The notes beneath the pieces were generated by a model. That model searched no databases, was not told where the DNA came from, and was given only the letters and a program-made list of their open reading frames with translations. A stretch of 64,000 nt of DNA from Pseudonocardiaceae bacterium (GTDB taxonomy: Bacteria; Actinomycetota; Actinomycetes; Mycobacteriales; Pseudonocardiaceae): NCBI GenBank assembly GCA_009377865.1, contig WHTH01000017.1, positions 248-64,247 of the forward strand, read 5' to 3'. The translations under genes and the position numbers were made by a program. Within the stretch, counting starts at the first letter, position 1, and every line of letters starts with the position of its first letter. Positions 34,097-42,232 of the stretch are shown piece by piece.

Positions 34097-35566
34097 ATGA
34101 GTTCCGCCGACCGCGAGCAGGCCGTCGTCGACGCCGTCCCCACCGAGCTGTTCATCGGTGGCCAGTGGCGGCCCGCCACCGGCGGCCAGACCTTCGACGT
34201 CGAGGATCCCTCGACCGAAAAAACACTGTGCTCGGTCGCCGACGCCTCGCCCGAGGACGGCATCGCGGCACTGGATGCCGCCATCGCCGCGCAGCGCAGC
34301 TGGGCTGCCCACCCGCCCCGCGAGCGCGGCGAGATCCTGCGCCGCGCCTACGAGGTGATGATGGACCGGCAGGACGACCTCGCACTGCTCATGACCCTGG
34401 AGATGGGTAAGCCGCTGGCCGAGTCCAAGGGCGAGATCGCCTACGCCGCGGAGTTCTTCCGCTGGTTCGCCGAGGAGTCGGTGCGGATCAGCGGTGGCTT
34501 CGCCACCTCGCCCAACGGCACGGGCCGGTTCCTGGTGATGCGCCAGCCGGTCGGGCCGTGCCTGCTGATCACGCCGTGGAACTTCCCCGCCGCGATGGGC
34601 AGTCGCAAGATCGGCCCGGCGGTCGCCGCGGGCTGCACGATGGTGATGAAACCGGCGGGTCTGACTCCGCTGTCGATGCTGGCACTGGCCGACATCCTCC
34701 GCGAGTGCGGACTGCCAGACGGGGTCCTCAACGTCGTGCCGACCTCAAGCTCCGGGCGCGTGATGGAGCCGATGATCCGCGACGGTCGTGCCCGCAAGCT
34801 GTCCTTCACCGGTTCCACCGAGGTGGGACGCAGGTTGCTCGAGCAGTGCTCGCAGCACATCATGCGGACCTCGATGGAGCTCGGCGGCAACGCGCCGTTC
34901 CTGGTGTTCGACGACGCCGACCTCGACGCGGCCGTCGAGGGGGCGATGACGGCCAAGATGCGCAACATCGGCGAGGCCTGCACCGCGGCCAACCGGTTCT
35001 ACGTGCACGCCGACGTCGCCGAGGAGTTCTCCAGCCGGCTGGCCGAGCGGATGGGGGCGCTGCGCATCGGCCGCGGCACCGAGGACGGCGTGCAGGTGGG
35101 CCCGCTCATCGAGACGAGGGCGCGCGAGAAGGTGCAGCAGCTCGTGGACAACGCTGTCGACGCGGGCGCCCGGGTGCTCGTCGGCGGCGACGCCGTGGAG
35201 GGCCCGGGTCACTTCTACCGTCCGACCGTGCTCACCGGCGTGCCCACCGACGCCGAGATGGCGCACACCGAGATCTTCGGCCCGGTGGCGCCGATCACCA
35301 CCTTCACCGACGAGGACGAGGCGCTCGCCGACGCCAACGACACCGAGTACGGGCTGGTCAGCTACCTCTACACTCGCGATCTGCAGCGCGCGCTGCGGGT
35401 GTCCGAGCGGCTCGAGTCCGGCATGGTCGGGCTCAACCAAGGCCTGGTGTCCAACCCGGCCGCCCCGTTCGGCGGGATCAAGCACTCCGGGTTGGGCCGC
35501 GAGGGCGGCTCCGTGGGCATCGACGAGTTCCTCGAGACCAAGTACGTGGCGGTCGCGACGAGCTGA
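34097..35566 (+). CDS. gabD: Succinate-semialdehyde dehydrogenase (NAD(P)+), aldehyde dehydrogenase family
   Basis: Trimmed to the ATG at 34097 (RBS GGGAAGAGG). Long stretches resemble E. coli GabD as remembered: LMTLEMGKPLAESKGEIAYAAEF, ITPWNFPAAM, KLSFTGSTEVGR, ELGGNAP and the catalytic-Cys region GEACTAANR. Confidence 0.75.
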   Translation: MSSADREQAVVDAVPTELFIGGQWRPATGGQTFDVEDPSTEKTLCSVADASPEDGIAALDAAIAAQRSWAAHPPRERGEILRRAYEVMMDRQDDLALLMTLEMGKPLAESKGEIAYAAEFFRWFAEESVRISGGFATSPNGTGRFLVMRQPVGPCLLITPWNFPAAMGSRKIGPAVAAGCTMVMKPAGLTPLSMLALADILRECGLPDGVLNVVPTSSSGRVMEPMIRDGRARKLSFTGSTEVGRRLLEQCSQHIMRTSMELGGNAPFLVFDDADLDAAVEGAMTAKMRNIGEACTAANRFYVHADVAEEFSSRLAERMGALRIGRGTEDGVQVGPLIETRAREKVQQLVDNAVDAGARVLVGGDAVEGPGHFYRPTVLTGVPTDAEMAHTEIFGPVAPITTFTDEDEALADANDTEYGLVSYLYTRDLQRALRVSERLESGMVGLNQGLVSNPAAPFGGIKHSGLGREGGSVGIDEFLETKYVAVATS

Positions 35567-35583
35567 TCCTGGCGAGTCGCCGG

Positions 35584-35626
35584 GAAGGGCACCTTCACTG
35601 CGTCGGAGGCCGTGCAGGTGCCCTTC
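35584..35626. repeat. GAAGGGCACCT...AGGTGCCCTTC hairpin element (copy a), between the convergent gabD and GntR genes
   Basis: An 11-bp stem (35584-35594 with 35616-35626) and a 21-nt loop. The whole ~47 nt is about 85% identical to the element at 54397-54443. Confidence 0.7.
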
Positions 35627-36287
35627 GCGGCGGCTCGATGTGGGCGACGGCGTCGTGCATGTGGTCTTCGAGCAGCGCCAGCAACCGCGATTGCGAACCG
35701 TCCCGCAGCGCGTCGAGCAGTGCCTGGTGCTCGGCGACGAGGTCTGCGGGGTCGGGGCTGGTGGCCTGCAGCGCGGCCAGGCACATGCGGGTCTCGGCGA
35801 GCAGCGTCTGGGCCATCCGCTGCAACCGCGGACTGTTCGACACCCGCACCAGCGTGGTGTGGAAGGCCTCGTCGGCGTCGGCCATCGCCGCCGGGTCCTG
35901 CGCCGAGGCCGCTGCCACGATGTCGCGCTGCGCGGCGGTCAATGCCGCTACCGCGCCGGCACGGTCGCCGCGCAGCACCCGCTGTGCGGCCGCCTGTTCC
36001 ACGGCCTGCCGGGCGATGTAGACGTCGTGCACGTCGTCGAGGCCGAGATCCACCACGAACAGGCCGCGGTGCCGCTCACTGCGCAGCAGCCCCTCCTGCA
36101 CCAGGCGTTGCATCGCCTCCCGCAGCGGGCCCCGGCTGACCCCGAGCCGAGCGGCGAGGTCGACCTCGCCGAGCTGCGACCCGGGCGGGAACGTCCCCCG
36201 CGTGATCGCAGACCGCAACCTGTCGGCGACGATTGCGGCGGTGGGCTCCCGGCTGATCGGCTCCAGTTCGCCGTCGAACCCGCTCAT
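35595..36287 (-). CDS. GntR-family (FadR/FCD subfamily) transcriptional regulator
   Basis: The winged HTH reads ...LGEVDLAARLGVSRGPLREAMQRLVQEGLL..., followed by an all-helical C-terminal domain. The start forms an ATGA overlap with the upstream gene (36284-36287). Confidence 0.8.
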   Translation of the reverse strand: MSGFDGELEPISREPTAAIVADRLRSAITRGTFPPGSQLGEVDLAARLGVSRGPLREAMQRLVQEGLLRSERHRGLFVVDLGLDDVHDVYIARQAVEQAAAQRVLRGDRAGAVAALTAAQRDIVAAASAQDPAAMADADEAFHTTLVRVSNSPRLQRMAQTLLAETRMCLAALQATSPDPADLVAEHQALLDALRDGSQSRLLALLEDHMHDAVAHIEPPRRAPARPPTQ

Positions 36288-37030
36288 CCGGCCTCCTGCA
36301 CGGCCGCACCCTCGAACAGCGTGCCGAGGCCGGGCCGTCGCAGCCCAGTGCCCGCCAGCCGCAGGCCCTGCCAGATGCTGACCTGGTTGGCGGTCAGCAC
36401 CGGTTTGCCGACCCGCAGTTCCAGGTCATCGAGCCAGCCGACGGTGTGCAACGCGGTGTCCGGCATCAGCACCACGTCGGCATCCGGGTGGTCGTTGGCC
36501 TCGGCGAAGTCGAGCACGTCGTCGCGTCCCAGCGTGCCGACCTCGGCCGCGGTGACGATGCCCCGGCTCGACAGCCGCACCACGTCGATGCCGGCATGGC
36601 CGAGGAACTCGACGAACCGTTCGGCGACGTCGCCCGGATAGGTAGCGGCGACCGCGACCCGCCGCGCTCCCAGCGCCGCCACGGCATCGGTGAAGGCGAA
36701 CGAGGTGCTCGACGCGGGGACCCCGGCGACCTTCGCCAGCGCCTCCACCTGCTGTGCTGCGCCCTGCCAGCCGAACACGAAGCTGCCGCTGGTACACGCC
36801 CACACCACCGAGTCCAGCTCACCGAGCCGAGCGACACCTTCGGCGAGCACCTCGTCGCTTCCGATGTCGAGCAGCGCGTCCACCCGGTGCGCGTCCTCGC
36901 GCATCTCGGTGTGGACCAGCGCGAGCCGGACGTCGGCACCGAGCAGCCGCTGCACGGTCGGGTAGTCGTCCTCGGCACTGTAGCCCGGGTACAGGAAGCC
37001 GGCAGTCGTCACACCAGTCGATGAACTCAT
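36284..37030 (-). CDS. Asp/Glu/hydantoin racemase superfamily protein (maleate cis-trans isomerase / arylmalonate decarboxylase / EutA-like)
   Basis: Contains ...VVWACTSGSF..., ...RVAVAATYP... and ...VVLMPDTALHT...LTANQV. ATG at 37030 is preferred over the TTG at 37039. Confidence 0.6.
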   Translation of the reverse strand: MSSSTGVTTAGFLYPGYSAEDDYPTVQRLLGADVRLALVHTEMREDAHRVDALLDIGSDEVLAEGVARLGELDSVVWACTSGSFVFGWQGAAQQVEALAKVAGVPASSTSFAFTDAVAALGARRVAVAATYPGDVAERFVEFLGHAGIDVVRLSSRGIVTAAEVGTLGRDDVLDFAEANDHPDADVVLMPDTALHTVGWLDDLELRVGKPVLTANQVSIWQGLRLAGTGLRRPGLGTLFEGAAVQEAG

Positions 37031-37046
37031 TGTCGACAATCCTACA
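37029..37046. promoter_or_regulatory. Candidate GntR operator, copy 2
   Basis: The 18-mer ATTGTCGACAATCCTACA is identical to copy 1. It overlaps the start codon of the isomerase-like gene, inside the 81-nt gap after the DUF3830 gene. Confidence 0.6.
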
Positions 37047-37111
37047 ACGTGCTCAGCCGGCAGCCGACCTGCTCGCCTCGACGAGCCGTCGCCGAGGCCA
37101 TCGGATCCTGG

Positions 37112-37606
37112 TCAGCCCGAGTGTCGCTGGTAGACCAACCGCTCACCCACGCTGCCGGAGCGCCACACGTCGTGGCAGGCCTCGGCCATCTCGTCGAGAC
37201 CCTCGACGATCGTCCCGTATACGTTGCCCGGCACCCAGCCGACATCGCCGTTGATCAGCAGGTTGTTGCGCCCGTAGAAGATCGCGAGATCGATGACCCC
37301 CGGCAGCTCGCCGACACCGACGTCCTCTTTGAACGAGCGATGCAGCATGCCGCCGGGAAAGTCGAAGAAGACCAGGTCACCCGGGATCGGCGTGACGGTG
37401 GGGTTCTCCTGGCCGACAGTGACCTCGGTGAAGCGCGGCACCATCGCGTAGACCTCGTTGCGTGCGTACTTGGCGTGCTGCGCCGGGCCGTCCTGCGGCA
37501 GCGCCTGCCACACCGCCTCGCACGTACGCGGTGCGTCCTTGTCGAGCAGCTCTGCCAGGCAGGTCACCCCGCGCTTGGCCAGCGTGATGCTCAGGTACCT
37601 GGACAT
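37112..37606 (-). CDS. DUF3830-like (cyclophilin-like fold) protein
   Basis: Begins MSRYLSITLAKRGVTCLAELLDKDAPRTCEAVWQALPQDGPAQHAKYARNEVY.... The family was recalled from memory. Confidence 0.55.
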   Translation of the reverse strand: MSRYLSITLAKRGVTCLAELLDKDAPRTCEAVWQALPQDGPAQHAKYARNEVYAMVPRFTEVTVGQENPTVTPIPGDLVFFDFPGGMLHRSFKEDVGVGELPGVIDLAIFYGRNNLLINGDVGWVPGNVYGTIVEGLDEMAEACHDVWRSGSVGERLVYQRHSG

Positions 37607-37672
37607 TCAGCAACCCTATGGGATCCCTCGACCCGGTTCGCAGTTCGTCGCGCGAAACTGCGAATGTCGCGG

Positions 37673-37689
37673 ATTGTTGACAATGCTAC
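37673..37689. promoter_or_regulatory. Candidate GntR operator, copy 3 (degenerate), in the divergent DUF3830 / 2-hydroxyacid dehydrogenase promoter region
   Basis: ATTGTTGACAATGCTAC has 2 mismatches to copies 1 and 2. It lies about 65 nt from both divergent start codons. Confidence 0.5.
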
Positions 37690-37752
37690 GAGGCGTTCCT
37701 AGCGTGTCAACTGCCCCTCCCCCGTCCAGCGCTACCACCGAGGTCGAATAGA

Positions 37753-38760
37753 TTGTCTCTTTCTCCAGTTCAGAGCGCTGGACCGGTCATCGTCGTACTG
37801 CACTCCGGCGATCTTCCCACTGACCTCGAGAAACTCACCGCAGGTGCTGCGCTACGCACCGTGACCGCTGACGAGTTGCCTTCAGCGTTGCCGGGAGCCG
37901 ACGTCGTGCTGGTGTGGGACTTCCTGTCCGATGCGCTGCGACCGGCGTGGCCCAGTGCGGACTCGCTGCGGTGGGTGCACACCGCCAGCGCGGGGGTCGA
38001 CCGCGTGGCATTCCCCGAGCTGCTGGCATCGGACGTGGTGCTCACCAACTCGCGGGGCGTATTCGACGTGCCGATGGCCGAGTACGTACTCGGGCTGGTG
38101 ACCGCCTTCGCCAAGGACCTGCCGGGAACGCTGCGCCGCCAGGACCAGCGGCAATGGGAGCACCGCGAGACCGAGCGGATCGGGGGGCGCACTGCGGTGG
38201 TCGTCGGCAGCGGCCCGATCGGGCGTGCCATCGGGCGGATGCTGACCGCCGCTGGGCTGCGGGTGCAACTCACCGGGCGCATCGAGCAGACCGGTGATCC
38301 CGAGTTCGACACCGTGCACTCCGCTGCTGCGCTGCGCGGGCTGCTCCCCGGAGCCGACTACCTGGTGCTCGCCGCGCCGCTGACCGACCAGACCCGGGGC
38401 CTGATCGACGCCGCAGCATTGGCCGCCATGAAACCCACCGCCCGGCTGATCAACGTGAGCCGCGGCCCGCTGGTGGTCACCGAGGATCTCGTCGCGGCGC
38501 TGCGTGACGGCCGGCTGGCAGGGGCCGCCCTCGACGTGTTCGAGACCGAGCCGCTGCCGGACAGCTCGCCGCTGTGGGACTCGCCTGGCGCGATCGTGTC
38601 CCCGCACATGTCGGGTGACGTGCTGGGTTGGCGAGACGAGCTGGCCGCGCTGTTCGCCGACAACCTCGACCGCTACCGCTCGGGCCGTCCGCTGCGCAAC
38701 GTGGTCGACAAGACGCGCGGCTACGTCACCACACCGTCGAACCTCGGGAGCAGCGCGTGA
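37753..38760 (+). CDS. D-isomer-specific 2-hydroxyacid dehydrogenase (NAD-binding)
   Basis: Contains GRTAVVVGSGPIGRAIG, ...INVSRGPLV..., AALDVFETEPLP and SPHMSG. The start is a TTG at 37753 and is uncertain. Confidence 0.75.
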   Translation: MSLSPVQSAGPVIVVLHSGDLPTDLEKLTAGAALRTVTADELPSALPGADVVLVWDFLSDALRPAWPSADSLRWVHTASAGVDRVAFPELLASDVVLTNSRGVFDVPMAEYVLGLVTAFAKDLPGTLRRQDQRQWEHRETERIGGRTAVVVGSGPIGRAIGRMLTAAGLRVQLTGRIEQTGDPEFDTVHSAAALRGLLPGADYLVLAAPLTDQTRGLIDAAALAAMKPTARLINVSRGPLVVTEDLVAALRDGRLAGAALDVFETEPLPDSSPLWDSPGAIVSPHMSGDVLGWRDELAALFADNLDRYRSGRPLRNVVDKTRGYVTTPSNLGSSA

Positions 38761-40166
38761 CTACCCCCGCCGACCTCACCGCGACCGAACTCGTCGCCGC
38801 GTACCGCGACGGCGAGCTGTCGCCGGTCGAGGCCACCCGCGACGTGCTCGAGCGGATCGAGCGGCTCGACCCAGAGGTCAACGCCTTCTGCCTGGTCGAC
38901 GCGGAGCGGGCGCTGGCATCGGCGTCGGAGTCCGAGCAGCGCTGGCAGGCCGGCGAGCCGACCGGCATCGTCGACGGAGTACCGACGTCGATCAAGGACA
39001 TCTTCCTGACCGCCGGCTGGCCGACACTGCGTGGCTCGAAGACGATCTCGCAGGACCAGGAGTGGCAGACCGACGGGCCACCGGTGGCGCGGTTGCGTGA
39101 GCAGGGGGCGGTACTGGTCGGCAAGACCACCACCCCCGAGCTGGCATGGAAGGGCGTGACCGACAGCCCGCTGACTGGCGTCACCGGCAATGCTTGGGAC
39201 CCCAGGCGCACCCCCGGCGGCTCCAGCGGGGGCAGCGCGACGGCGGTGGCGCTGGGGATGGGGCCGCTGTCGATCGGCACCGACGGCGGCGGCTCCGTGC
39301 GTATCCCCGCCTCGTTCACCGGCACGGTGGCGCTCAAGCCGACCTACGGCCGGATCCCGCACTGGCCGTCGAGCCCGTACGGCACCCTCGCCCACGCCGG
39401 ACCGATGGCCCGCACGGTGGCCGACACCGCGCTGCTGCTCGACGTGATGTCCGGGTTCGACAGCAGAGACTGGTCGGCGCTGGCGCCGCCCTCCGGTGCC
39501 TTTTCGGGCGCCGCGCTCCAGTCCGGCGTGCTCGGGCTGCGGATCGCGGTCAGCCCTACCCTCGGCTACGTCGATGTCGATCCCGACGTGCTCGCCGCAC
39601 TGGAGGCGGCGGCCGAGGTGTTTGCCGATCTCGGTGCCGAGGTGGAGCTCGCCGACCCCGGCTTCACCGACCCGGTCGACGACTTCGACGTGCTCTGGTA
39701 CTCCGGCGCGGCCAAGACCGTCGATCACCTCGACGCGCAGCCCCGGTCGCTGCTCGATCCCGGCCTGGCGAAGATCGTCGCGCAGGGCGAGAGGTACTCG
39801 GCGCTCGACTACCTCACCGCCACCGCGACCCGAATGGCGATTGGCACCACCATGGGGCACTTCCACGAGCGCTACGACCTGCTGCTCACCCCCACGATGC
39901 CCATCACCGCGTTCGAGGCGGGCGTCGAGGTGCCGCCCGGCTGGCACTCGCCGGACTGGACGAGCTGGGCGCAGTTCGGCTATCCGTTCAACATGACGCA
40001 GCAGCCCGCCGCGTCGGTTCCCTGCGGTATGACGATCTCCGGGCTACCGATCGGGCTGCAGGTGGTCGGCCCGCGGCATTCCGACTCCCGGGTGCTCGCA
40101 GCGTGCGCAGCCTACGAGCACGCCCGGCCGTGGGCCGACCGCCGCCCCCCGTTGCTATCGCGCTGA
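38757..40166 (+). CDS. Amidase-signature (GatA-like) amidase
   Basis: Trimmed to the GTG at 38757 (GTGA overlap with the upstream stop). Contains GVPTSIKD and the signature GGSSGGSATAVALGMGPLSIGTDGGGSVRIPA. Confidence 0.8.
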   Translation: MTTPADLTATELVAAYRDGELSPVEATRDVLERIERLDPEVNAFCLVDAERALASASESEQRWQAGEPTGIVDGVPTSIKDIFLTAGWPTLRGSKTISQDQEWQTDGPPVARLREQGAVLVGKTTTPELAWKGVTDSPLTGVTGNAWDPRRTPGGSSGGSATAVALGMGPLSIGTDGGGSVRIPASFTGTVALKPTYGRIPHWPSSPYGTLAHAGPMARTVADTALLLDVMSGFDSRDWSALAPPSGAFSGAALQSGVLGLRIAVSPTLGYVDVDPDVLAALEAAAEVFADLGAEVELADPGFTDPVDDFDVLWYSGAAKTVDHLDAQPRSLLDPGLAKIVAQGERYSALDYLTATATRMAIGTTMGHFHERYDLLLTPTMPITAFEAGVEVPPGWHSPDWTSWAQFGYPFNMTQQPAASVPCGMTISGLPIGLQVVGPRHSDSRVLAACAAYEHARPWADRRPPLLSR

Positions 40167-40191
40167 CCGTGCCGCGCCACCCTACGGCAGG

Positions 40192-40242
40192 CCACGAAGG
40201 TCCCCTTCGCCTCGGCAGATGAGGCGTAGGGCCCCTTCGTGG
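40192..40242. repeat. Long imperfect hairpin of the GAAGG...CCTTC type downstream of the amidase gene
   Basis: CCACGAAGG (40192-40200) pairs with CCTTCGTGG (40234-40242). An inner stem is formed by CGCCTC and GAGGCG. Confidence 0.6.
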
Positions 40243-40252
40243 CGCAGCGGGT

Positions 40253-40275
40253 ATCACGAAGGTCCCGTTCGTGAT
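40253..40275. repeat. Second palindrome of the same type
   Basis: ATCACGAA-ggtcccg-TTCGTGAT, with 8-bp arms. Confidence 0.6.
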
Positions 40276-40301
40276 GGAGCGCGCGTCTTGTCGCATACTT
40301 C

Positions 40302-40330
40302 TTGCAACAACGATCAGCCTGCACTACTCT
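40302..40330 (+). promoter_or_regulatory. Candidate promoter for the cbiM operon
   Basis: TTGCAA (40302-40307), a 17-nt spacer, then TACTCT (40325-40330), about 40 nt upstream of the ATG at 40371. Confidence 0.3.
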
Positions 40331-40370
40331 GACGGGTGACTCTGGCGATTACCGCGCGAGGAGGGCGGCG

Positions 40371-41096
40371 ATGAGCAGCAGCGTCGTCGCAATGCACATC
40401 AGTGACGGCATCATCAACGCCCCCACCTCGGCAGTCTTCGGGGTGGTCGCCGCGGGCGGACTCGCCTTCGCACTGGCGAAGTCCCGTGCGCAGCTCGACG
40501 AGCGCACTGCCCCGATGGCCGGGCTGGTCGCCGCGTTCGTCTTCGCCCTCCAACTGATCAACTTCCCGATCCTGCCCGGCGTCAGCGGGCACTTGCTCGG
40601 CGGGGCGCTGGCGGCGATCCTCGTCGGGCCCTGGCTCGGCAGCCTGTGTGTCGGAATCGTGCTGATCGTGCAGGCGCTGCTCTTCGCCGACGGCGGGCTG
40701 ACCGCGCTCGGTCTGAACATCACGAACATGGCCATCATCGGCACCGCCGTCGGGTTCGGCGTCGCGCTGGCGCTGCGCCCGCTGGCCACTCGTGGCCGGC
40801 AGTGGCTGATCGGGGTCGCCTTCATCTCGGCGTTCATGAACACCGTGATCACCTCCCTCGGCTTCGTGCTGCAGTACACGATCGGCGGCGCGGCGGGCGC
40901 CTCGCTCGGCGCGGTGTTGATCAGCATGATCGGACTCCATGCCCTGATCGGCATCGGTGAGGGGATCATCACCGCGCTCACCGTCGGTGCGGTCGCCTCC
41001 AGCAGGTCCGACCTGGTGTACCTGCTGCGCGGCGCTCCGCAACACACCCGCACCGCGGCCGCCGCGCAGATCACACCGCAGGGGAGCGCATCATGA
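40371..41096 (+). CDS. cbiM: ECF-type cobalt/nickel transporter substrate-capture subunit CbiM
   Basis: ATG at 40371 follows GAGGAGGGCGG. The sequence reads ...MHISDGII... and ...LQLINFPILPGVSGHLLGGALAAIL.... It is multi-TM. Confidence 0.8.
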   Translation: MSSSVVAMHISDGIINAPTSAVFGVVAAGGLAFALAKSRAQLDERTAPMAGLVAAFVFALQLINFPILPGVSGHLLGGALAAILVGPWLGSLCVGIVLIVQALLFADGGLTALGLNITNMAIIGTAVGFGVALALRPLATRGRQWLIGVAFISAFMNTVITSLGFVLQYTIGGAAGASLGAVLISMIGLHALIGIGEGIITALTVGAVASSRSDLVYLLRGAPQHTRTAAAAQITPQGSAS

Positions 41097-41458
41097 GCAC
41101 GCCGCCGCAGCGAGGCCGTTCGCTGGCCTTCTTCGCCGGGTTCGGCGTGGCCGCGCTGTTGATCGCCGGCGTGCTCTCGTACCTGGCCTACCCGCACCCG
41201 GACGGCCTCGACACGGTCACGCTGCAAGGTTGTAGCGAGGCTTCCGGCGGTGAGCAGCTCAGGGACGACTGCCTCGCGCAGAATGCCGATGACCACGCCC
41301 TCGCCGACAGCCCGCTGGCCGACTACACCGTCGGCGGTAACGCGGTCCTGCTAGGCCTGTCGGGAATCATCGGGGTGCTGGTCACGCTCGTCATCGGGGG
41401 TGGGTTGTTCTGGTTGCTGCGGCCCCGCCGGACCGAGAACCCCACTGACGAGCGTTGA
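41093..41458 (+). CDS. PDGLE-domain small membrane protein (CbiN-like partner of CbiM)
   Basis: The start forms an ATGA overlap with cbiM. It has an N-terminal TM segment, the motif YPHPDGLD and a C-terminal TM segment. Confidence 0.65.
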   Translation: MSTPPQRGRSLAFFAGFGVAALLIAGVLSYLAYPHPDGLDTVTLQGCSEASGGEQLRDDCLAQNADDHALADSPLADYTVGGNAVLLGLSGIIGVLVTLVIGGGLFWLLRPRRTENPTDER

Positions 41459-41467
41459 GCGATCGCG

Positions 41468-42232
41468 ATGGGTGCAGGCCACGCTCATCCGCTGCACCTG
41501 CCGGGGACATCGCCGGTGCACCGGCTGTCGCCGCAGGTAAAGGTGCTCGCTGCATTCATGGTCGTGTTCTGCGTAGTGGCCACACCCCGGGCAGCGTTCG
41601 CGACATACGGTGGTTACCTGGTGCTGCTGGCGGCGGTGTGGGTGATCGCCGCGATCCCGCCGGGATGGATCGGGCGCCGCGCGCTCATCGAGCTGCCCTT
41701 CGTCGTGCTCGCCGTGTTGCTGCCGTTCGCACAAGGTGGCGAGCGGGTCGACGTCGCGGGCCTGTCGCTGTCGGCCGACGGGCTGCTGGACGGCTGGAAC
41801 ATCATCATCAAAGGCACCCTCGGTGTGCTGACCTCGCTGACGCTGGCGGCAACCACGTCGCCGCGGGATCTGCTGCTCGGGCTGCAGCGGCTACGGATCC
41901 CCGCGACGATCACCACCATCGCGACGCTGATGCTGCGCTACGTCGAGGTCATCATCGGTGAGGCCCGGCGGATGCGAATCGCCCGGGTCTCCCGGGGCCA
42001 CGACCCGCGGCTGCTCTGGCAGGCCGGTGCCACCGCACGCAGCGTGGGCCGGCTGTTTCTCCGTTCCTACGAACGGGGTGAGCGAGTGCACCTTGCGATG
42101 GTTGCCCGCGGGTTCACCGGCGCGATGCCCGCGCTCGATGAGCGGCCCGTGCCGCGGCTCGAGTGGACACTAGGCATGCTCCCGGTCGCCGTCGCGCTGG
42201 CGCTGGTCGTCGGGGCCTGGGCGACGGCGTGA
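41468..42232 (+). CDS. cbiQ: ECF transporter transmembrane (T) component CbiQ/EcfT
   Basis: A hydrophobic 254-aa protein lying between cbiM/N and the ATPase. It contains an ...ARVSRG... type coupling-helix region. Confidence 0.7.
   Translation: MGAGHAHPLHLPGTSPVHRLSPQVKVLAAFMVVFCVVATPRAAFATYGGYLVLLAAVWVIAAIPPGWIGRRALIELPFVVLAVLLPFAQGGERVDVAGLSLSADGLLDGWNIIIKGTLGVLTSLTLAATTSPRDLLLGLQRLRIPATITTIATLMLRYVEVIIGEARRMRIARVSRGHDPRLLWQAGATARSVGRLFLRSYERGERVHLAMVARGFTGAMPALDERPVPRLEWTLGMLPVAVALALVVGAWATA

Noticed and set aside
40167-40370. Possible cobalamin or NiCo riboswitch upstream of cbiM
   Set aside because: I could not find a B12 box or other conserved riboswitch core by eye, so it is recorded only as an open question in the findings. 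An Infernal scan is needed for certainty.
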